Positions 1 to 6,897 of a DNA stretch of 32,000 nucleotides are shown here, piece by piece. Source of the stretch: Synechococcus elongatus PCC 6301 (GTDB taxonomy: Bacteria > Cyanobacteriota > Cyanobacteriia > Synechococcales > Synechococcaceae); NCBI RefSeq assembly GCF_000010065.1, contig NC_006576.1:1440001-1472000 (forward strand). The letters are read 5' to 3'. The number at the start of each line of letters is the position of its first letter. Within the stretch, counting starts at the first letter, position 1. The translations under genes were made by a program, and so were the position numbers. The notes beneath the pieces were generated by a model that made no database searches, was not told where the DNA came from, and saw only the letters and a list, made by a program, of their open reading frames with translations.

Positions 1-1
1 G

Positions 2-727
2 ATGGCCTCCACAGATCAGCATTATGAACAACTGCTCGCGCCGATTTACGAATGGATGGCTGGTGGCGCTGAGGCAGCACTCACTGCTGGTGCTGCTGAC
101 TTAGAGGGACTTTTGCACTCGCCGGGGCTCTGTTTGGATTTGGGTGCGGGCTTTGGCATGCATGCGATTCCACTCGCACAAGCAGGCTTTGAGGTGATCG
201 CGATCGATTCTTCGGCGCAGCTCTTGGCGCGGTTACAGGAGTTAGCGGGTTCTCTGCCGATTCAGTCGGTTTGTGCTGATTTGCTGGACTTTCCTGAGCA
301 TCTGCCGGCAGGCCGCAAGCCAAGCCTGATCGTCTGCATGGGCGACACCTTAACTCACCTCGATAGTCTTGAGGCAGTCGATCGCTTAGCGAGTCTGGCC
401 GCTGAACATCTCGCACCGGGTGGGCGTTTTCTGGCGACATTCCGCGATTATTCGCAGCCACTTCAGGGCGATCGCCGCTTTATTCCGGTGCGATCGGATC
501 AGTCTCGAATCCTCACCTGCTTTCTGGAAGAACAAGGCGATCGCATCTGTGTGCATGACATCCTCCATGAACGGCAGGGCGATCAATGGACGATGCAAGT
601 CAATCACTATCTGCAGCTGCGGCTAGCACCCGAAACAGTTCGCCAGATTTTTGTAGATAAGGGCTTCATGACGCAGATAGAGGCAGCACCGAGAGGTATG
701 CTGCGCCTAATTAGCGATCGCCATTGA
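2..727 (+). CDS. class I SAM-dependent methyltransferase
   Basis: 241-aa ORF from ATG 2-4; it could extend off the window edge. Rossmann motif I-like LDLGAGFGMHAIPLAQAGFEVIAIDSS, then CMGDTLTHL. Host-like GC with several HIP1 copies, the last at 714-721. Confidence 0.75.
   Translation: MASTDQHYEQLLAPIYEWMAGGAEAALTAGAADLEGLLHSPGLCLDLGAGFGMHAIPLAQAGFEVIAIDSSAQLLARLQELAGSLPIQSVCADLLDFPEHLPAGRKPSLIVCMGDTLTHLDSLEAVDRLASLAAEHLAPGGRFLATFRDYSQPLQGDRRFIPVRSDQSRILTCFLEEQGDRICVHDILHERQGDQWTMQVNHYLQLRLAPETVRQIFVDKGFMTQIEAAPRGMLRLISDRH
714..721. repeat. HIP1 octamer GCGATCGC (representative copy; last one before the island)
   Basis: Read directly. By eye, copies recur every few hundred bp in the flanks (e.g. 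4384-4391, 4791-4798). I found none between 722 and 4383. Confidence 0.9.
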
Positions 728-1006
728 AGTGATGACAGTATAATCGTATATTTATTAAATTAAGTAAGGAGTTTTCAGCGCTTCATTTACATGGATTTCA
801 CTACACCCTCCAAGAAATTGGAAGACATCTTCTGAAAGATTGCACCCAATCAATATCTCTTGCCTAAATGTTAACAAATAGTTTGGTGGTCTAATGACCT
901 TCATCAGCAACAGCTAACTTAATGTAAGAATTTTGTAATCACGCAATACATTAAGATAATTCTGAGACAAGCTTCATCACAGCATTTTGCCCTTATACTG
1001 GAGAAG

Positions 1007-1012
1007 TATAAT
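1007..1012 (+). promoter_or_regulatory. candidate -10 box (TATAAT) upstream of the ATPase gene
   Basis: Perfect TATAAT about 80 nt upstream of ATG 1091. There is no good -35: TTGCCC sits at a 14-nt spacing, and ATTTTG at 17 nt. In AT-rich DNA this could occur by chance. Confidence 0.25.
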
Positions 1013-1077
1013 ATGTAGATTCTTGATTTACGGCAATAGACTGCCAACTCATGATCAAGAAGTTAAACTAAGGCTTT

Positions 1078-1082
1078 AGGAG
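1078..1082 (+). promoter_or_regulatory. Shine-Dalgarno (AGGAG) for the ATPase gene
   Basis: AGGAG lies 8 nt upstream of ATG 1091. Confidence 0.55.
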
Positions 1083-1090
1083 TCGAGAAA

Positions 1091-2464
1091 ATGAAAATTA
1101 AGCGAATTTCTGTATATGGTTTATTTGGAGTTTTTGATCACACAATTTCCTTAAACACTAATCAAAGAATTACTATTATTCATGGTCCTAATGGCTTTGG
1201 AAAAACAGCAGTATTAAGACTATTAAACAGCTTTTTTAATTCTCGATATTCCGAGTTAAGATCAATTTCATTTAATAAATTCAAGGTAGAGTTAAATGAT
1301 GATACAGTTATTGAAGTTGCAAGAGAAATAAAAGACTTTCACGAGTCAGGAAGAGTTGATATAACTTTTTATTTATACAAACCTAACATCGAGAGAAAAT
1401 CCTTCTCTTTAGGTCAGGTTAAATATTCTCCCGATATAGGTTTTCCTATTGGTATCCTAGATGAAGTAGTGCCAGGTCTGGAAAGAATAGATACCAGAAA
1501 GTGGATGTATCTTCCCACCGATGAGGTTTTATCTTTAGAAGAAGTTGTTGAGCGTTTTGGAGACTCATTACCTGACTCTTTATCTGCAAATTTAAGGGGA
1601 TCTTATTCAAAAGAAGAACCTGTGTGGTTGAAGGACATAAAAAATGCTATTCACATTCGCCTCATTGAATCGCAGCGACTACTTAATCTCGTTCCTAGTC
1701 GTTCTTCCAGAACATATCGTGGAACACCTTTAATGCTATCTACTGTCTCCGCTTATTCGGATGAACTTGCAAAGCTCATGCAAGATAAATTCAAGGAATA
1801 TGGCACAACATCGCAATCTCTTGACAGAACATTTCCATTGAGAGTGGTAAAGCAACAGCCATCTTCGGACGTATCAGATGAGCAGCTTCGCAACCAGTTG
1901 GATGAGCTTGAGTCAACTCGTTCTCGTCTCATAGAGGTAGGACTACTAGATAAAGAAGAAGATTCAGAATTTCAAATTCAACCTCAAGATATTGATGAGA
2001 GCACCAAAAATGCGTTATCAGTTTATGTCGAAGATGTAGAAAAGAAATTGAATGTATTTTCTGAAATCGCAAGAAAGATCGATCTTTTGAGAAGAATTAT
2101 TAACAATAAATTTGCTTATTCCTATAAGGAAATAAATTTTAGCAAGGAAAAAGGATTTGTTTTTTCAACACGCTATAAATCCTTTACTGATTCAAATAAA
2201 CTGTCACCGACAGATTTATCATCTGGCGAACAGCATGAATTAGTTCTTTTGTACGAGTTATTGTTTAAGGTCAAACCTAACTCACTGGTTCTCATCGATG
2301 AACCTGAACTTTCTCTACATGTAGGCTGGCAAATTCAATTCCTAAAGGATTTACAAGAGATCATAGAGCTCGCAGACCTAGATATCCTAATGGCTACTCA
2401 CTCACCAGATCTTATTCAAGATAGATGGGATTTGACAGTTGAGCTGAAAGGGCCAGAAAAGTGA
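1091..2464 (+). CDS. ABC/AAA-type ATPase (AAA_15/AAA_21-like; AriA-like component of a PARIS/split-OLD type module)
   Basis: 457 aa. Walker A G32PNGFGKT39 (nt 1184-1207), Q-loop-like IESQRL, and a long helical insertion between the N- and C-terminal ATPase halves. ABC signature L376SSGE380, Walker B L399VLIDE404, H-loop ATH437SP. The stop codon overlaps the next start (GTGA at 2461-2464). Very low GC. Confidence 0.85.
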   Translation: MKIKRISVYGLFGVFDHTISLNTNQRITIIHGPNGFGKTAVLRLLNSFFNSRYSELRSISFNKFKVELNDDTVIEVAREIKDFHESGRVDITFYLYKPNIERKSFSLGQVKYSPDIGFPIGILDEVVPGLERIDTRKWMYLPTDEVLSLEEVVERFGDSLPDSLSANLRGSYSKEEPVWLKDIKNAIHIRLIESQRLLNLVPSRSSRTYRGTPLMLSTVSAYSDELAKLMQDKFKEYGTTSQSLDRTFPLRVVKQQPSSDVSDEQLRNQLDELESTRSRLIEVGLLDKEEDSEFQIQPQDIDESTKNALSVYVEDVEKKLNVFSEIARKIDLLRRIINNKFAYSYKEINFSKEKGFVFSTRYKSFTDSNKLSPTDLSSGEQHELVLLYELLFKVKPNSLVLIDEPELSLHVGWQIQFLKDLQEIIELADLDILMATHSPDLIQDRWDLTVELKGPEK

Positions 2465-3333
2465 AAGATTTACTTTCAAACGACCGTCATGCAAACCAGA
2501 TTCGGTTGCGAAGAAGCACATTTCAAGGAACATTTTTACTTGTAGAGGGGTCCTCAGATAAAATTTTTTATGAAAATTTAATTGATCAATTAGAGTGTGA
2601 AGTAGTAAATATTTCAGGCAAGCCATCTAGTAAATTACTAGTTATTTCTGTGCTAAAAATATTGGAGAAAAGACCAAGATTCAATGGGATTCTAGCAATT
2701 GTTGATGCAGATTTTGATCGACTTGCAAATCTGCAACCTCACAGTTCTAATCTCCTCTACACGGATACTCATGATCTTGAATCCATGATCATCAATTCCC
2801 CAGCTTTTTACAAGGTAATTGCCGAGTATGGATCTAAAAATAAAATTCATCAATTTAATCGAGATATAAGGGTAGCAATACTTGAAAGTGGTACTTCAAT
2901 TGGCTATTTGCTTTGGATTTCTCAATGTAATGAGTTGAATCTAACTTTTAAAGGCATTAGGTTTAGTAGGTTTATTGACGAAAACAGTTTGCAAATAGAT
3001 GAAATCGAACTAATTCGTGAGATTAAGAATAAATCACAGGCCTTCTCATTAGACGATGAGGATCTGCGACTTCAACTGAATGATAAAAAAGATAATGGTT
3101 ATGATCCCTGGCAGGTTTGCTGTGGTCATCATTTAGTCGAAATTCTGTCACTTGGCTTACGAAGAACTCTTGGTTCTAATCAGGCGTCTGATATTGAGCC
3201 TGATAAGCTTGAGCGTTATCTAAGACTTGCCTACGAGGAAAAGTATTTCCTTAATACAGATTTATACGCAAGTATTCGCAACTGGGAAGACAACAACATG
3301 CCATTTAAAGTGCTAAAAAATGATAGATCTTAA
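2461..3333 (+). CDS. DUF4435/OLD-type Toprim domain protein (AriB-like putative nuclease effector)
   Basis: 290 aa. GTG start with a 4-nt overlap on the ATPase stop. N-terminal FLLVE29GSSDKIFY supplies the Toprim Glu (codon 2545-2547). IVD82AD84FD86 supplies the DxD metal site (from nt 2704). There is no other plausible start upstream of E29 apart from TTG at 2506. Confidence 0.8.
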   Translation: MKDLLSNDRHANQIRLRRSTFQGTFLLVEGSSDKIFYENLIDQLECEVVNISGKPSSKLLVISVLKILEKRPRFNGILAIVDADFDRLANLQPHSSNLLYTDTHDLESMIINSPAFYKVIAEYGSKNKIHQFNRDIRVAILESGTSIGYLLWISQCNELNLTFKGIRFSRFIDENSLQIDEIELIREIKNKSQAFSLDDEDLRLQLNDKKDNGYDPWQVCCGHHLVEILSLGLRRTLGSNQASDIEPDKLERYLRLAYEEKYFLNTDLYASIRNWEDNNMPFKVLKNDRS

Positions 3334-3787
3334 TCAATGGTAACTTTGCGGTTAATACTAATTAATTTGAAATATTTATAAATACCTAAGTGGCTGACAA
3401 TTAGCGGATAAAGGTATTTTTATCTCAACAATTCTATTATTTTAACTGAATAGTTAGAGTGTCGCAAGACAATCGTCTATAAAAATTATCTAGCCTGCTA
3501 AAAAACTAAGCTCTGAAGGCACTTTGTATACAAAATGCCGATTGCACTGATCTGACGACTTGTAACTTTTGCCAGATATTAGTGCCATGATTAACTATTA
3601 GATGTTGAATATGATTAATGGCAGCTAGGGTTGCTTCTCAAAATTCTAGGATTAAAGCAAATAACTGTCCTGAGGCCTAGAAAGCGGTCAGTTTTTAGTC
3701 TACCAGTCGTAAAGATGTTTATAGTTGTAGGGCTCTTTTTAGAGAAGAGAAACTGTTTTTTATAAAGCATTAGTGATGGTAACTGAA

Positions 3788-4141
3788 TTAAAGCAATTTT
3801 GAGCCCAGCAGAACGGACTTGTCAAGGATGCAGAGCGCTACTTCTCTGTTCTCGCTCTGGAATCCCGTGACAAGGCAATCAGACATAAGCAGACCGATTT
3901 GCTTACATGGAAAGTTGACCACTGCTACGACAAGCCCACCGATCAGTTCTTCCGGCTTGTAGAGTGCGGTGATCTGCGCACTTGATTTCTTGACACCAAT
4001 CTCTTCACCGAAGTCGATATGCAGGATGTAGGCTGGCCTCCGCGCACCCACAAACTCAGTTGCATCAACAATCTTGCCGACACGAAGCTCAACCTTCAGA
4101 AACTTGTCGAAGGTAATAGTTTCTATGGGATGCACCTCCAA
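3788..4141 (-). CDS. csaA: CsaA/Trbp111-type tRNA-binding OB-fold protein
   Basis: 117 aa with strong family motifs: LRVGKIV...HIDFGEEIGVKKSSAQITALYKPEELIGGLVVAVVNFPCKQIG. TTG start at 4141 (GTG two codons in is an alternative). No HIP1. Intermediate GC (29/61 in a hand sample). Confidence 0.85.
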   Translation of the reverse strand: MEVHPIETITFDKFLKVELRVGKIVDATEFVGARRPAYILHIDFGEEIGVKKSSAQITALYKPEELIGGLVVAVVNFPCKQIGLLMSDCLVTGFQSENREVALCILDKSVLLGSKLL

Positions 4142-4411
4142 TACGCCTAAAAACCCCGTTTAACCACCGCTAACACCCTCAAGGAAATAGCAGACTCTTA
4201 GCGTTTCACTTGAGAAGTCAGAAATAGATAACACATTACATCTACGCAGCTACTACTTAACTGTGCAGTGTTAGCAGCAAGAGTACGGAGACAAACCGTT
4301 ATCAGCCGGATTGTCATTGACATTACACCCATCAGCTGTGACAACCCAGAACCGTCTAGGATCAGGGACACTGCTAAGCTGCCGCGATCGCGGCAAACCG
4401 TGGGGTTGAGC

Positions 4412-5389
4412 GTGATTGAAGCTGAACAACTGTGCAAGGTCTATCCCGTTGCGCTCAAAGATCCGGGCTTGATGGGCAGCGTCCGCCATTTCTTCAAGCG
4501 GCGTTTCCGCGACATCGAAGCCGTCAAAGGCGTTAGCTTTCGGATCGAACCCGGCGAAGTCGTCGGCTTCTTGGGGCCAAATGGCGCAGGCAAAACCACC
4601 ACGCTGAAAATGCTGACCGGCTTGATTCGGCCTTCTAGCGGTTCTTGTCGGGTCGCAGGAGCTGTCCCGTTTCGGCGAGAGCCTGCCTTCCTCAACCAAA
4701 TCAGTTTGGTGATGGGGCAAAAGCAGCAACTGATCTGGGATTTGCCAGCCCTAGACTCGCTGCGGATCAATGGCGCAGTCTACGGGATCAGCGATCGCGA
4801 TTTGGATCGCCGCATTGGCGAGCTGGCTGAAATGCTGTCGCTGCAGCAGCAACTGCGGCAACCCGTGCGTAAGCTCTCGCTCGGCGAACGGATGAAAGCC
4901 GAACTCTTGGCGGCATTGCTGCATGGCCCCAAAGTTCTCTTTCTGGATGAGCCAACGCTGGGGCTGGATGTCAACGCGCAGACAGCGGTACGGGAATTTC
5001 TGGCGACCTACAACGAACGCTATCGCGCCACGATTCTGCTGACCTCGCACTACATGGCTGACATCACGCGCCTCTGCGATCGCGTCATCGTCATTCACTA
5101 CGGCAGCCTGATCTACGACGGCGAACTGGATGGATTGCTCGATCGCTTTGCACCCTACCGCCAAATCCAACTGGATTTAGAAAGTCCGCGATCGCCCGAG
5201 GATCTGAGTCGCTATGGCGAAGTCGAAAGTTGCGATGGGCTTTCCGTTCGGTTGCTCGTGAAGCGATCGCAACTGACTGAAACCGTGACGCGGCTATTGG
5301 CCGATCTGCCCGTCAATGATTTGCGCGTCGAAGATCCGCCGGTAGAAGAAGTGATCGGTCGCGTCTTTAGTGCAGGAGCCGTGGCATGA
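4412..5389 (+). CDS. ABC transporter ATP-binding protein (ABC-2 type exporter ATPase)
   Basis: Walker A GPNGAGKTT, signature LSLGERMK, Walker B VLFLDEPTLGLD, H-loop TSHYM. The ORF is open from 4268, but the conserved domain begins at VIEAEQL. I prefer GTG 4412 (or TTG 4406) as the start. The stop overlaps the permease start (ATGA at 5386-5389). Confidence 0.85.
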   Translation: MIEAEQLCKVYPVALKDPGLMGSVRHFFKRRFRDIEAVKGVSFRIEPGEVVGFLGPNGAGKTTTLKMLTGLIRPSSGSCRVAGAVPFRREPAFLNQISLVMGQKQQLIWDLPALDSLRINGAVYGISDRDLDRRIGELAEMLSLQQQLRQPVRKLSLGERMKAELLAALLHGPKVLFLDEPTLGLDVNAQTAVREFLATYNERYRATILLTSHYMADITRLCDRVIVIHYGSLIYDGELDGLLDRFAPYRQIQLDLESPRSPEDLSRYGEVESCDGLSVRLLVKRSQLTETVTRLLADLPVNDLRVEDPPVEEVIGRVFSAGAVA

Positions 5390-6174
5390 ACCGAGGCTGG
5401 CGCGTCCCCGCAACGCTGTTCAAAACCTACTACGACTACATGGTCGAGTATCGCGCCGAGCTGATTCTCTGGGTGCTCTCCGGCTCCCTACCGCTGATCA
5501 TGATGGGCGTCTGGGATGAGGCGGTACGCAGCGGCGACTTTGGCCTCTCCACCCAAGCCGTTGTTCAGTACTTTTTGGCCGTTTTTCTCACCCGCCAACT
5601 TACCGTCGTCTGGGTGATTTGGGAATTTGAGAAAGAAGTCGTCAAAGGCCAGCTCTCCTTCCGACTCTTGCAACCCCTCGATCCGGGCTGGCACCACTTT
5701 TACTCGCATTTGGCCGAGCGCTCAGCTCGGTTGCCGTTTATCGTGCTGCTGTTAGGACTGGCAATTTGGCTCTATCCCGCTGCTTGGGTGATGCCGTCGC
5801 TCTGGCGGTTGTTGCTCTTTCTAGTGGCGATCGCAGCTGCGTTTTGCCTGCGCTTTTTAATCCAGTACACCTTTGCCATGCTCAGCTTTTGGATTGAGCG
5901 AGCCAGCGCTCTTGAGCAGTTTTGGTTTCTGGCTTACCTCTTTCTGTCGGGGATGGTCGCGCCACTCTCCGTTTTTCCAGAGTCGATGCAGGCGATCCTG
6001 CTTTGGACACCTTTTCCCTACCTGATCTATTTCCCCGTGGCGATCCTGCTGGATTTGCCCGTGGCGATCGCCCCTGGATTCGCCATCCTAGCCAGTTGGA
6101 TGGGGCTCTTTTGGGTTCTCAATCGCTGGCTCTGGCGTCGCGGCCTCCGCCACTACTCCGCCATGGGTGCTTAG
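5386..6174 (+). CDS. ABC-2 family transporter permease
   Basis: 262 aa with about 6 hydrophobic segments. Translationally coupled to the ATPase gene. Confidence 0.8.
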   Translation: MNRGWRVPATLFKTYYDYMVEYRAELILWVLSGSLPLIMMGVWDEAVRSGDFGLSTQAVVQYFLAVFLTRQLTVVWVIWEFEKEVVKGQLSFRLLQPLDPGWHHFYSHLAERSARLPFIVLLLGLAIWLYPAAWVMPSLWRLLLFLVAIAAAFCLRFLIQYTFAMLSFWIERASALEQFWFLAYLFLSGMVAPLSVFPESMQAILLWTPFPYLIYFPVAILLDLPVAIAPGFAILASWMGLFWVLNRWLWRRGLRHYSAMGA

Positions 6175-6205
6175 CGCTCTTCTTCCAAAATCGCCAAGAA
6201 ATCCC

Positions 6206-6550
6206 TTAGGACTGCTCGGTTTTCGGGGCTGGGGTCGAGTTGATGCTGTATTTGGAGAATATCGCGTCGATTTTGGCATTTTGCTGCTTCAATCGCTCGG
6301 TTTCGCTCTTCAACTGCTCGGTCTCTAGCTTCCTCTGCGAGAGCATCTCGTCGAGCTTCGCGTTCTGCTGCCTTAATTGCTCGGTCTCTTGCTTCAGCCT
6401 CTTGATTTCTTCTTCGGTTTCCACCGTGCCACTCAATGCCGATAGCCACCAGTAGCAGGACTGTCGCAGCGACGAAAACCACGAGGCTCCAGTCGAGGAC
6501 GGTGTATTCGAATCCGTATTGTTCAAAGGGGATGGTTTCAGCATCGCCAT
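6206..6550 (-). CDS. coiled-coil protein, frame uncertain (alternative same-strand ORF 6171-6572)
   Basis: The frame of 6206-6550 gives heptad-like repeats (ETEQLRQQNAKLD / ETERLKQQNAKID) with host-like codons. Hand-tallied third-position G+C over 6241-6420 is 45/60 in this frame and 15/60 in the 6171-6572 frame. The other frame carries the only clean TM helix, near the 5' end. See findings. Confidence 0.5.
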   Translation of the reverse strand: MAMLKPSPLNNTDSNTPSSTGASWFSSLRQSCYWWLSALSGTVETEEEIKRLKQETEQLRQQNAKLDEMLSQRKLETEQLKSETERLKQQNAKIDAIFSKYSINSTPAPKTEQS

Positions 6551-6684
6551 AAAACCTCAACAGTGCCGCCAACGCCTAGAAAAAGGTCACTAGCGATCGC
6601 GGCAGAATCGCTAAAAAACTCAGCATGGCCCCAGTTTAACGATCCCTTTTACCTGTGACTGATCTGAACCAACTGCCCTTGCGG

Positions 6685-6897
6685 CTAGGGACGACGCACA
6701 AAAAGTTGAAGCAGCGCGCCTGCCATTAGCCCTACTCCCACACCTCCAGCGATCGCCAGTCCTAACGGGATCCGCACACTTTCCAACACCAGCAAGCGCA
6801 CACTGACCAAGCTGGGATTTTGTGCTGTCAAAGCCGCGATCGCCCCCAACCAGAGGGTGCAGATCAGGCAGATCAGAAATGTGACGAGTCCTTTCAT
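6685..6897 (-). CDS. small two-TM membrane protein (LapA/DUF1049-like)
   Basis: 70 aa with two hydrophobic helices. Its ATG overlaps the rsmI stop (ATGA at 6894-6897). Confidence 0.6.
   Translation of the reverse strand: MKGLVTFLICLICTLWLGAIAALTAQNPSLVSVRLLVLESVRIPLGLAIAGGVGVGLMAGALLQLFVRRP

Larger units (their letters stand above)
722..4383. other. AT-rich, HIP1-free genomic islet (probable horizontal acquisition) carrying the ATPase/Toprim pair and possibly csaA
   Basis: No GCGATCGC for 3662 bp. Hand count gives 17/60 G+C at 1091-1150 versus 35/60 at 4441-4500. The left edge abuts the methyltransferase stop codon. The right edge is diffuse, between 3787 and about 4384. No integrase, transposase or convincing flanking direct repeats. 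Confidence 0.6.

Noticed and set aside
3337-3784. A 9-bp direct repeat ATGGTAACT at 3337-3345 and 3776-3784, bracketing the AT-rich spacer.
   Set aside because: By rough estimate, a single 9-mer match within ~450 bp of low-complexity AT-rich DNA is about what chance would give. Nothing else marks it as an insertion.
4268-4411. A 48-codon N-terminal extension of the ABC ATPase ORF, plus overlapping minus-strand ORFs at 4198-4437, 4271-4729 and 4441-4770.
   Set aside because: The conserved ABC domain starts at VIEAEQL. The extension has no family resemblance and spans the islet-edge leader. The antisense ORFs lack motifs.
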